IMG/VR virus record: IMGVR_UViG_3300042923_000692
Span: 26,709-90,708 of that record
DNA from: a virus
Taxonomy: Duplodnaviria; Heunggongvirae; Uroviricota; Caudoviricetes
Length of the DNA stretch: 64,000 nucleotides
Reading direction: 5' to 3' (one strand)
The notes below the pieces were generated by a model. It saw nothing but the letters and a program-made list of their open reading frames with translations. It was not told where the DNA came from and did not search any database. The position numbers and the translations under genes were made by a program. Positions 35,605 to 44,500 of this stretch are shown here, piece after piece (positions within the stretch are counted from its first letter, which is position 1; every line of letters begins with the position of its first letter).

Positions 35605-35910
35605 TTAAGCCGCTTTCTCAGCGTTTTTCAGTTCTAGATATAGAGCATATCGCTCTTTAGGATTTAGTCCGGCAAACATACCGTGACGGTTATGTGAATC
35701 GCTATCTTCCTCGACCTCCATGATCCAAGCTAGGCAATCTTCTCGAACATCACAGCTACCACATATCTTTCGAGCTTCTGTGTATTGGACGCCGGCATCC
35801 GGGAAGAACGGCTGAAATCCAACTTGAGTACACAGTGCTCCATCTTGCCACGGGAGCTTTTGAGGTGCTGCGATATGGATCTGCACCTCGTAAATTGTTC
35901 CGTTTTTCAT
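35605..35910 (-). CDS. whiB: WhiB-family Fe-S transcription factor
   Basis: 101 aa; four-Cys pattern C-x..-CGSC-x5-C plus basic C-terminus. Confidence 0.75.
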   Translation of the reverse strand: MKNGTIYEVQIHIAAPQKLPWQDGALCTQVGFQPFFPDAGVQYTEARKICGSCDVREDCLAWIMEVEEDSDSHNRHGMFAGLNPKERYALYLELKNAEKAA

Positions 35911-35926
35911 CGTGTCTTTCTTGGGG

Positions 35927-35962
35927 AGGGAGAAAGAAAGAAAGCCTCGATGATGAGGCCTC
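35927..35962 (-). terminator. intrinsic terminator
   Basis: minus strand GAGGCCTC-ATCATC-GAGGC then TTTCTTTCTTTCT. Confidence 0.5.
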
Positions 35963-35970
35963 CTTTCGTA

Positions 35971-36207
35971 CTACTTGGTGAGGGCGTGGTCTACGGCTGT
36001 GATGGCGATGGAGCCAAGGGTGGCTGCTGCGATGGAGGCGACGGAGACGACGATGGCTCCGATGACGAGCTGCTTGCCGAGTCGGCCGGCGGCTGCTTCT
36101 GCAGCTGCGACGTAGTCGACAGTGGGCTCTTCGATCGGGATCTCGTCGGTCTTCTTCGTCTTCTTCGGGAAGAGCGTGACCTTGACTTCAGGCTTAAAAA
36201 TGGCCAT
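35971..36207 (-). CDS. small membrane protein
   Basis: 78 aa; C-terminal TM. Confidence 0.5.
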   Translation of the reverse strand: MAIFKPEVKVTLFPKKTKKTDEIPIEEPTVDYVAAAEAAAGRLGKQLVIGAIVVSVASIAAATLGSIAITAVDHALTK

Positions 36208-36228
36208 GAGAGTTTCCTTTCAGGGGGT

Positions 36229-36258
36229 GTCATTATAGGCCCTGTAATTCTTGCGAGC
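36229..36258 (-). promoter_or_regulatory. conserved promoter-like motif (copy d)
   Basis: GCTCGCAAGAATTACAGGGCCTATAATGACAC + CCCCTGAAAGGAAAC..ATG. Confidence 0.45.
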
Positions 36259-36299
36259 ACGCCAAAAAGAGAAGGCCCGGTTAGGGGCGATCTCCTTTA

Positions 36300-36464
36300 C
36301 TACTTCGAGGTCTGGATGATGTAGAGCTTCTCGATCTTGGTCGTTCCGGGGAGGGGCTTGCACGTGCGGTGCTTCCGAATCTGGTGGGTGATACCAGCGG
36401 CGGTTGCGGCGACGGCGACTCCTGCAGCGGCGACGATCAGTTTGATCTTGGTGTCTTCGTTCAT
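36300..36464 (-). CDS. 54-aa membrane peptide
   Basis: ORF absent from the track; MNEDTKIKLIVAAAGVAVAATAAGI... Confidence 0.45.
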   Translation of the reverse strand: MNEDTKIKLIVAAAGVAVAATAAGITHQIRKHRTCKPLPGTTKIEKLYIIQTSK

Positions 36465-36484
36465 GGTTAGTCCTTTCGAGGGGT

Positions 36485-36514
36485 GTCATTATATGCCCTG
36501 TGAAATCTGCGAGC
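36485..36514 (-). promoter_or_regulatory. conserved promoter-like motif (copy e)
   Basis: GGCTCGCAGATTTCACAGGGCATATAATGACAC + CCCTCGAAAGGAC. Confidence 0.45.
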
Positions 36515-36520
36515 CAAAAA

Positions 36521-36633
36521 CCATAAGAGCTGTATCTTGCCTGGTATCAAGGCGTTTAAGCTACTCCATTGCTGATCCGCTTGCCTGGTAAATCAAGGCG
36601 TTTAAGCTACTCCTTTGCCGCGGACTCTTATGG
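36521..36633 (-). ncRNA. candidate small structured RNA or iteron element with its own promoter and U-run
   Basis: 9-bp closing inverted repeat CCATAAGAG/CTCTTATGG; two tandem 33-34-nt direct repeats (cttgcctggta[a]atcaaggcgtttaagctactcc); T5 immediately downstream on the minus strand; no ORF. Confidence 0.4.
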
Positions 36634-36662
36634 TCATTATAGTGCTTGTGATTCATGCGACG
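36632..36662 (-). promoter_or_regulatory. conserved promoter-like motif (copy f) driving the ORF-less element
   Basis: GTCGCATGAATCACAAGCACTATAATGACC. Confidence 0.45.
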
Positions 36663-36667
36663 ACCTC

Positions 36668-36700
36668 GCGAAAAAAGGAAAGGGCTCCGTAGAGCCCCGT
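36668..36700 (-). terminator. intrinsic terminator
   Basis: GGGGCTC-TACG-GAGCCC + TTTCCTTTTTT. Confidence 0.55.
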
Positions 36701-36703
36701 CCG

Positions 36704-36835
36704 TTAGTCGAACTCGGGATGGTTGAGATTGTCGAAGAGACGCTCAGCATGGCTCCTACCCAGAAGCTCGATGACGACATCGTAGATGTCTTCTTCGGGC
36801 TGGTAGATGGTAGGGGCGGACTGCATTGTCTTCAT
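36704..36835 (-). CDS. 43-aa acidic peptide
   Basis: ORF absent from the track; MKTMQSAPTIYQPEEDIYDVVIELLGRSHAERLFDNLNHPEFD; own promoter and terminator. Confidence 0.4.
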   Translation of the reverse strand: MKTMQSAPTIYQPEEDIYDVVIELLGRSHAERLFDNLNHPEFD

Positions 36836-36855
36836 TTGGTCTCCCTTTCAGAGGT

Positions 36856-36886
36856 GTCATTATAGTGCTTGCAATTTGTGCGAGGG
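36856..36886 (-). promoter_or_regulatory. conserved promoter-like motif (copy g)
   Basis: CCCTCGCACAAATTGCAAGCACTATAATGACACC + TCTGAAAGGGAGACCAAATG. Confidence 0.45.
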
Positions 36887-36888
36887 AG

Positions 36889-36915
36889 CAAAAAAGAAAG
36901 GCTCCGAAGAGCCTC
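36889..36915 (-). terminator. intrinsic terminator
   Basis: GGCTC-TTCG-GAGCC + TTTCTTTTTT. Confidence 0.55.
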
Positions 36916-36919
36916 TCCT

Positions 36920-37093
36920 TTAACGGAATCGATTACGAATCGAATCCTGGGTGGCAAGGTAGATCAGCGCTTCCTTGGAAGTCGCAGCTCCGAGTTCTCG
37001 GACAACGCGGCTGGTGCCGCGGATGTATCCGAATGAGAACGCGATTGCTGCGGTTCCAACGACTGCGATGGCGATCTTGGCCTTTTCGTCCAT
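36920..37093 (-). CDS. 57-aa membrane peptide (start MDEKAKIAIAVVG)
   Basis: TM helix; SD GAAAGGAACCATC; the track's 110-aa version would read through the promoter and terminator. Confidence 0.45.
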   Translation of the reverse strand: MDEKAKIAIAVVGTAAIAFSFGYIRGTSRVVRELGAATSKEALIYLATQDSIRNRFR

Positions 37094-37113
37094 GATGGTT
37101 CCTTTCGATCTGG

Positions 37114-37144
37114 TGTCGTTATAGGACCTGTGATTAGTGCGAAA
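37114..37144 (-). promoter_or_regulatory. conserved promoter-like motif (copy h)
   Basis: GTTTCGCACTAATCACAGGTCCTATAACGACACC + AGATCGAAAGGAACC. Confidence 0.4.
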
Positions 37145-37200
37145 CATTTCATGGAAAACCCCACCCGGGGAAATTTTTGAAAGGGGTTGTGGCTTTCGCG

Positions 37201-37246
37201 CAAAACGGAAGGAGGTCCCGGCAGCGGTTAAGCTACTAGGACCTCC
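37201..37246 (-). terminator. terminator-like hairpin
   Basis: GGAGGTCC...GGACCTCC 8-bp stem then TTCCGTTTTG; loop contains GGTTAAGCTACT, the motif also found in the 36521..36633 repeats. Confidence 0.4.
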
Positions 37247-37289
37247 TCCCATTTTGATTGAATCTGCCGAATAGTGGCCGATGCCGGCT

Positions 37290-37580
37290 TCAGGCCTTGC
37301 GGATGAAGCTGACTGCTTTCGAGGTCAGAGAATGACCGGCCTGCTCATAGGCGATGATCACGAGGATTCCTCCGATGGACGCGATGACGGGGATCCAGTC
37401 CTTCAGGGTTGTACGTTCGCGGACGTTGGGGTCCTTGATCTTGTACAGCTCCTGAAGTGCTGTCACCATCTTCGCGTACTCGGGGGAGTCCGCCGTGACC
37501 GAAGCCATCTGGTCAGTGATGTCTTTGATCTGCTTCTCGATGAGAGTCTGCTTGTCCTGCTTGGTCTTCTTGCTAAGCAT
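37290..37580 (-). CDS. small membrane protein (holin-like?)
   Basis: start MLSKKTKQ after CTCTTGAAAGGAGACCCC; C-terminal TM. Confidence 0.5.
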   Translation of the reverse strand: MLSKKTKQDKQTLIEKQIKDITDQMASVTADSPEYAKMVTALQELYKIKDPNVRERTTLKDWIPVIASIGGILVIIAYEQAGHSLTSKAVSFIRKA

Positions 37581-37603
37581 GGGGTCTCCTTTCAAGAGAT
37601 GGG

Positions 37604-37632
37604 TGTCACTATAGGGCTTGTGATTCTCGCGT
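37604..37632 (-). promoter_or_regulatory. conserved promoter-like motif (copy i)
   Basis: CACGCGAGAATCACAAGCCCTATAGTGACACCC. Confidence 0.45.
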
Positions 37633-37633
37633 G

Positions 37634-38074
37634 TTACTCAGTAACTCGCAGGCGCACAACCTCGGCCTTAACCGCCTCAAGCTCCTGCTGCTTACCAACA
37701 AAGATAGCAAGCAGAGCAGAGAAAGACGAAAGAGCCAGCGACAGTCCGGCCAGAAGAGCGGCGTTAGTTTCCGCATCATACAGGCCGAAGAACACCAGAG
37801 CCGGTGAGACGGTGGCTGCGAGACCGTAGACGGCCGCGCGAATCACAGTCCAACCCGTGCTCCAGTCACCCTTACGCACATTGACCAGAGCCAGAAGTGC
37901 AGCGAGGAACTGAAGAACGGCACCAGCGATGATGAGTGCATTCTCAGTCTGAGCCTGTGTGGCGAAACCACCAAGAATCAGAAGAGGTGCGAGCGAACCG
38001 AGCCACAGCTGAATAAGCTGTCGTCGTTCGGGGTTAAAGAAATCAGCGAACTTCTGCATTGTATTCTCTTTCAT
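37634..38074 (-). CDS. multi-pass membrane protein (holin-like)
   Basis: 146 aa, ~4 TM helices, charged C-terminus; start may be ATG at 38059. Confidence 0.5.
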   Translation of the reverse strand: MKENTMQKFADFFNPERRQLIQLWLGSLAPLLILGGFATQAQTENALIIAGAVLQFLAALLALVNVRKGDWSTGWTVIRAAVYGLAATVSPALVFFGLYDAETNAALLAGLSLALSSFSALLAIFVGKQQELEAVKAEVVRLRVTE

Positions 38075-38784
38075 TAGTCGTTAGTGCCCTTCCATGTGCC
38101 AGAAACTCTGACATATGGAACGGCCGGTTTCCAGACGCCAGCGACTCTGACGTATGGAATTGCGTCCTTCCAGACGCCGGCGACTCGAACTTTAGCTCCA
38201 GCCAACGTATCTCCCTGAAAGCGGGAAGACCACGATCCGGTACCAACTGCGTTGACGCCTCTAGCCCAGAAGTAATATGTAGTACTGAGATCGAGACCGC
38301 TTACGGTTTGTGTTCCACTGGCCGTTATGATGGTTGACGGACTACTGCTCGAGGTTCCGTAACCAAGTTCCCATCGGATAATAGAGGATCCACCATCACC
38401 GGCACTGCTGAATCTAGCTCGCAGAGTTGTGTGGGTTTCTTCATCCACCCCAATAACGTTTGGCGGTGGAGGGACCGTATCTCGAGAGAAATTAAACGAT
38501 ACCGAAGTCGGTCCACCAAGACCCTGCGTGCCGGTGGCATTCAGGGTGAAGTTAACCGTACCGCCTTGACCGGCACCGAATGGACCCAGCGATACGATTA
38601 GTTTCTTACCGGATCCCGCAGGATACGAATAAGTACTAGATCCGCTACCGATGGGGTCGGACCAAGAGAATCCGCCCGTACCGATGTTGGTGGTCGACTG
38701 ACCGGCCTCGATATAGATGTGAATCCATGAGCCAGTATCTTCGATATGGATGGTACCGGTAGTTCCGGTAGGATAAGTAGCCAT
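38074..38784 (-). CDS. minor tail protein with fibronectin-III-like domain
   Basis: 236 aa; Gly/Ser/Thr-rich beta composition. Confidence 0.5.
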   Translation of the reverse strand: MATYPTGTTGTIHIEDTGSWIHIYIEAGQSTTNIGTGGFSWSDPIGSGSSTYSYPAGSGKKLIVSLGPFGAGQGGTVNFTLNATGTQGLGGPTSVSFNFSRDTVPPPPNVIGVDEETHTTLRARFSSAGDGGSSIIRWELGYGTSSSSPSTIITASGTQTVSGLDLSTTYYFWARGVNAVGTGSWSSRFQGDTLAGAKVRVAGVWKDAIPYVRVAGVWKPAVPYVRVSGTWKGTND

Positions 38785-38791
38785 ATCTTAC

Positions 38792-39244
38792 CTACACGGT
38801 CTTAAAGTAGATGTCCCCATCGGAACCACCGGAAGGACTTGCCGTACCAGAAGTGATACCAATGCCCGATCTGGCGGTAGCTTTGGTTGTACCGCCAGTT
38901 CCGCCTCTAGTCACCGGTACGGTACTATCCGTAGCCACAGTACCGAGACCGAGAGCGGTTCGAGCAGCCGAAGCCGTAGTAGAGCCAGTTCCACCCTTAG
39001 CTACCGGCACCGTATTTTCTGTAGCCACAGACCCAAGACCGAGGTTGGCTCGGGCTCCTGTAGCGGTGCTCGAGCCAGTACCTCCGCGAGAAACCGGCCA
39101 AATCGATAGGATTAGTGCCTTAACCTGAGCGACATAGTCTCGAGTACGATTGATCTCGCGAGCACCGTACTTTACTTTGCCTTCCTCGCCAGTTCCTGGA
39201 ACGATGGCATATCCGGCGGCAACCGCCTCATCTCCAACAGCCAT
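38792..39244 (-). CDS. glycine-rich repeat minor tail/fibre protein
   Basis: 150 aa; repeated GGTG(S/T)TTA...LGLG.VAT..TVPV units. Confidence 0.5.
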   Translation of the reverse strand: MAVGDEAVAAGYAIVPGTGEEGKVKYGAREINRTRDYVAQVKALILSIWPVSRGGTGSSTATGARANLGLGSVATENTVPVAKGGTGSTTASAARTALGLGTVATDSTVPVTRGGTGGTTKATARSGIGITSGTASPSGGSDGDIYFKTV

Positions 39245-39257
39245 TATTTCTCCTTAA

Positions 39258-39599
39258 TTATACGTCAATCCATTTACCGTCACGAATGAATCCGTGCATA
39301 CCACAACAGGATGGCCAGAATACAGACGCTTCGATATGAAGAGGATCGACACTAATTAGATCATGAAGACCAACACCTGCGGGTTTCCATCCGACATACA
39401 GAAGAGTCCAATGATCAGCATTGGGATCTCTCTGGTCGATCGGGCGAACGTTTAGATCGCAGTCGTGCCATACCCACAAACAGTGGATGTTGTGTTCGTG
39501 TTCGTCTTCGTAATTGCAAGTCCAGGAATATGCGACTTTCTCTCCGAGAAGCGTAACTTCCGCCTCTCGTTCCATGAATGCCCAACGAATTAACGTCAT
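39258..39599 (-). CDS. hypothetical protein (tail module)
   Basis: 113 aa. Confidence 0.45.
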   Translation of the reverse strand: MTLIRWAFMEREAEVTLLGEKVAYSWTCNYEDEHEHNIHCLWVWHDCDLNVRPIDQRDPNADHWTLLYVGWKPAGVGLHDLISVDPLHIEASVFWPSCCGMHGFIRDGKWIDV

Positions 39600-40768
39600 A
39601 CCGTATCCCAGAAGTCAGTGTCAGGAACCATATCCCACTCCTCGCTAAAGTCCCAAGCCATCCACGAACCAGGCGTGATGAACTCGTCAATGGCGAGAGT
39701 CGGGTAAGATCGCTCACCCTGCTCATCATCTACGAATATCTGTTCCGTAACGCGCATGCGGTTTGTAATACCGTCATCATTACGCATCTCTACCAGATCG
39801 CCCAACTCGTAGTCAATCCCATACCGGTAATTGCTATTTTGCGGGAGCTCACCATCCAGAGCAGTCAACGCTCGTGCTGCAGAAAGCGCATCCTTACCAC
39901 GCTTTTCCAACATATCTTGCAGCGTGGTTCCGGCGCCCATGGCGATGTCCGTGGCATCGACGAATAGAACTTTACGATCGAATCCGGACGTTGTGGCGTC
40001 ATAACCAATGGCGTAAACTACTCGAGTGCCGTTCTGTGCTATAACATATGCGACATTCTTGTGGTTTTCGACAGAGCTAAACTCGGCGACGTTAGTCAGG
40101 TTCTCCAAATCGGGGCTGAAAATAACAGCCGGGAGTGTCGATTGTGAAGAGGTTCGATCGTTACCGGAATAAACATCGAAGTACGTCATAGAGGTATCCG
40201 GACCCCTATAGAGTCGGAACCCCAAGCCGTAAATATCACATACGTACTTAATCGACTGGTATACAGTTTCATAAGGGAAGTCGATTGTGATGTTTTCTTC
40301 CGATTCCGAAATCGTACTTGTGGGGTATAGACTACCAGCGGTAATAAACGGAATATTATCGGCCGGAATCGCGGTGTTGTTTCGACAGTAACTGTCGAAC
40401 ATAGATCTTGCGATGAAGCCCGGAGTACCTGTCTTGCTGACGGCTACGGGGGCTCCACCGGTAAGAATGTTGGTCTTTCGATTCAGTCGATTTTCCATGA
40501 CAGACTCCAACGATCGACCCGTCACTGTTAGGATGGATCGACCGTCGGAGTCATCTTTGTTTTCAATATTCTCGATCGTCATAACTCGAGTAGAGTTATT
40601 ATTCGCCAGACGCTTACCCATTGTTAGGAGAGATCTAGATTCCGGTGTCGAGTGAATGGTCAACTGAAATTCACCAGCAGAGGAGTATCTTTCGGTCCAA
40701 ATTAGAGATTCAAAACGATCGATGACCGTTTGGCGGCGAAGCAGATCGTCAAGAATATACACCTCCAT
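39596..40768 (-). CDS. minor tail protein
   Basis: 390 aa; position immediately downstream of the tape measure cluster. Confidence 0.55.
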   Translation of the reverse strand: MEVYILDDLLRRQTVIDRFESLIWTERYSSAGEFQLTIHSTPESRSLLTMGKRLANNNSTRVMTIENIENKDDSDGRSILTVTGRSLESVMENRLNRKTNILTGGAPVAVSKTGTPGFIARSMFDSYCRNNTAIPADNIPFITAGSLYPTSTISESEENITIDFPYETVYQSIKYVCDIYGLGFRLYRGPDTSMTYFDVYSGNDRTSSQSTLPAVIFSPDLENLTNVAEFSSVENHKNVAYVIAQNGTRVVYAIGYDATTSGFDRKVLFVDATDIAMGAGTTLQDMLEKRGKDALSAARALTALDGELPQNSNYRYGIDYELGDLVEMRNDDGITNRMRVTEQIFVDDEQGERSYPTLAIDEFITPGSWMAWDFSEEWDMVPDTDFWDTV

Positions 40769-41590
40769 TTAAAGACCTCCGTATTTTTCAGTGTACCCCA
40801 CGGTGTAAGGTACAGCTGCTCCCGTCATTTGAACTCGGAATCCGTTGTTACCGGGCTGAAGTCTAATCCAGTCCGAATATGGCGAAACTCCGTATAGGAA
40901 TGAGCTACTCACACCCGCACGATTTAGCGTCGCGTACTTTTTTCCGGGAACCGTACTGATTTCCAGAACATCGCCGGCCAGAAGAGATCCGGCAAACGTC
41001 ATGGTACGAGCCTGTTCCCCTTCTGGGGTGTGATAAATGGTGAAACCGGTTAGTGTACGATTCACATTGAGTGTGAACACGATACCGCTATCGACACTAC
41101 CGTCATAAACGATGTTGATGTCGGTCTCGGTGGATACCGAAGACTCAGATATCGTGTTAACCTCGGGATCGTAGAAATCGGGATCGAAACAGATGATCGA
41201 AATAGTTGCCTCGGGATCCGCCGTGAATAGTGGGCAGACGAAAGATTCGACTCGACCCTCAGTATTCAAGGTGGGGAAATCCTCGGAAAGAAACTTCAAA
41301 TAAGAAACTTTCTTAGGCATGAAGAATTTGTAGAGATTATCTCTCAAGGACCGAACCGACGTTGTAGAATAGTCGGGTTCAAGTCCGAGTTTGAGGATGA
41401 TGTTCCTCTTCTCTCGTCTACTGGACTGGTACTGTTCCCCATCCAGGCGCGCAAAGCTCGAAGAGACAATGTTCGCCTGGACGGGGTCCAGTCCCTCGAT
41501 ATCTTTAACTAGATATCCACCAGAAATGTCCTGTAGCGGAAGAGGAAGGATCAAACCCTGCTCAGTTTGTGCCTCCACTTGGTAGAGCAT
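40769..41590 (-). CDS. minor tail protein (distal-tail-like position)
   Basis: 273 aa; immediately follows the tape measure gene. Confidence 0.55.
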   Translation of the reverse strand: MLYQVEAQTEQGLILPLPLQDISGGYLVKDIEGLDPVQANIVSSSFARLDGEQYQSSRREKRNIILKLGLEPDYSTTSVRSLRDNLYKFFMPKKVSYLKFLSEDFPTLNTEGRVESFVCPLFTADPEATISIICFDPDFYDPEVNTISESSVSTETDINIVYDGSVDSGIVFTLNVNRTLTGFTIYHTPEGEQARTMTFAGSLLAGDVLEISTVPGKKYATLNRAGVSSSFLYGVSPYSDWIRLQPGNNGFRVQMTGAAVPYTVGYTEKYGGL

Positions 41591-44500
41591 TGTTTGTAGT
41601 CACCTTTCCCTTAGCTACAGACAGCTGGTTTCGTGTGTTTCGGTAGATCTCCGCCTGGGACAAAGCCTTAGGCGAATAGTTGTTCTGAGTATAGTAGGTG
41701 TCGCCACCACTCGACTCAGCTGCGAACTCCAACTTCATTTGCTCAACCTGTTCGGTTGCGCTAGCGATATTGGTAGCATACGCATAACCCTTATCCACCT
41801 TTAGTGCTGCCGGGTTGAGAATACCGTCAAGCTGGCCCGAATCCTTCCTAATCGCTGAAAGATCCAATACCGGCCTAATGGTGGGTTCGACATTCACATC
41901 AGTCATTACAGCGCTCGAGATAGCCTCGATAGACTTTCTAACCGCGTGAATTGCGCCGTCGCCGACGAATTCGCCGGCCTTGTTAACCAGGTTGGCATTC
42001 TTTCGAATACCAAGAGCCAACCCTTCGGAGGTAAACTTTCCGAGCTTCATGAACTCACGAGAAGGAGATTTGATGCCGAGCTTCTTCTTGATGGTTTCGA
42101 CCATAGCCGTAGCGATCTTATCCATCTGAGAACTGATGGCCTTCTCCTGCTTCTTAAGACCCTCAACCAGTCCTGCCGCCGAATCTACCGCGGCCTGGTA
42201 AAGCGACTTAGAAGCTGTCGATCCAAGAGTGGACGACGCCTTGGTGAGTTGCTTACTCATGCTGTTTAGCTCGGCAACGCCGCCCTTACCCTGTGCCAGG
42301 ATATCATCCATGAACGGCAGGGCTGCCGTACCGCTACTGAGAAGCTGCTCATAAAGAGCATCGTTAAGACCCATCGACCGAAGTTCCTGGAGCTTTTCAG
42401 TAAATTCAAGAGTCTCTTTAACCTGAGTCTTGAGATCCGTGTAGTACGACCGCTGGGTGGTGTTCCCATCGATAGACGGTAGATTATCGAACTGGTCCTT
42501 GAGACTCTTGGCGTAATCGTCGCGAGTCTTCTTGGCATCTTCGAGCTTCTTGCGAGCTTCTTCGAGTTTGGTCGTAACCTTATCGTAGTCCTTCGACAGT
42601 GCACGGAGATGATCCCGTTCGTCATCCATATCTTCGTTGAGAGTTTTCAGAGCCGCGCTAGCGCGCTTCTTCTCTGCAGTTGCCTCCGCGATTATAGCTC
42701 GCTGCTTGCGGATTTCCTCATAGTCGAGCTTACGAGCTTTAGTCAACGTTTTGAGTCTGTCAGTGGCTTTCTCGATGGTCTTATCGGAACCCTCTATGGC
42801 TGAGGTTAGAGCCTCGCGCATAGTTTTAGTTGCCGCATTGATCTCGTCGTTACTACCAGTCAGACCCTTCACGAAGCCCTCGGTCGCAAACTTACCAACC
42901 TTGATGAATTCCTTAGACGGTGAAGCAATTCCGAGGAAGTTCTTCGCCGCGTTAAGTGCATTCTCGGCCACTCGACGTGCAGCATCCATAACTTGGCCGA
43001 TACCATCCGAAAGACCGAATGTCAAACCACTAATGATCTCAGAAGCGAGCTCCTTAGCTGCGGTCTGCATTCTAGCCTTGTTATTTCGAATGCCCTGAGC
43101 CAGACCCTCCACGAAGGAGATGATCAGGTTGGCACCCGACTGAATGATTGTCGGAAGGTTTCGAGCGATACCATCGATGAAATTAACGATAACGGCCGTT
43201 GCCGAATCGATGAGTCGACCGACGTTATTAGCGATACCGTCAAGGATTCCGATTAGGAGCCTCATACCTGCATCGACGAAGAACGGTACACCCTCCACGA
43301 CCTTATTAACCAGCATCACGACGAGGTTCCAAATGGTGTCGATAACCAAGGGAGCCGTCGTGTTGATGGCGTTAAGAAGTGATGTGATGAGTGTCGTCAT
43401 GGCCGCGGTGAACTCAGTCGCGCCTCCGGCGATCACCAACGCGAAGTCGATGATGCCTTGAGCGAAGGCCGCCATAGCGGTCGGAATGAGTCCGATGATA
43501 ACTTCCACGGCAGCTTTGAGCGCCTCGGTTCCCAAAGTTCCGGCTGCTGCTAGAGCAACCAGTCCTGCCGACATCATAAGCAATCCAGCACCGGCCAAAT
43601 AAGCGCCGGTGCCAATCAACATGATTGCCGTGCCGAGAAGCAAGAAACCTACCGAAGCAGGAATCAGAAGCAACCCGCCGACTGCGAGGATAGCGATAGA
43701 AGCGCCCAACACTGTCAGACCTCGACCGATGGCATCCCAAGACATAGTCCCGAGAAGCGCCAAAGCCGGTGCCAACATCATCAGACCCGCCGAAACCACG
43801 AATAGCGCCAGACCACCGAGTGCAACGATCGGAATACCCATGAGAGCCATGGCCCCCGCAAGAATCGCCAGCGAACCGGCGAGCATGACAAGAGATCTTC
43901 CGATTTCATCCCAACTGAACGTTGCGAATATCTTCATTGCGCCCGTGAGAATGGTAATCGCGATAGCCATGGCGATCATTGTCGCCGCGCCAACCGGAGC
44001 CATTTTCAATGTGGATAGAATCGCCACTGCTCCGACAAGGATACCAACCGTGGCACCCATGACGGTAATGGCTCTTCCGATATCATCCCAGCCCATGGTG
44101 GAGAACACCTTAAGCGCGCCAGCCATAATGGCCATGGTGACACCCAAGCCAAGCAAGGCTGCGGTACCACCAACGCCCTTCTGCGCCAACTTACCGGCGC
44201 CCACCATGATAGCCACTGAACCGGCCAACATAGCACTTGCTCGAAGGATATCGTCCCAACTCATGGTGGCCATGATCTTGAGCGCACCCGCCATGATAAC
44301 GATGGCCGTAGCAAGAACCACCATGGCACCGGCACTGACCATGAGCTTAACGCCCAGACCCTTGCCATCGAGAAGCTTCATAGCCGCAACCATGAGAGCC
44401 AACCCGATCGCCATAGCAGACAGACCGCGAGCAAGCTCGACCCAATCCATGCTCGCCATGATCTTGACTGCCGCAGCAAATATGACCATAGCGGTGGCGA

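Noticed and set aside
36920-37252. 110-aa version starting at the ATG inside the TCAAAATGGGAGG motif
   Set aside because: Would translate through a terminator hairpin and promoter copy h; the C-terminal 57-aa TM peptide with its own SD is the likely product.
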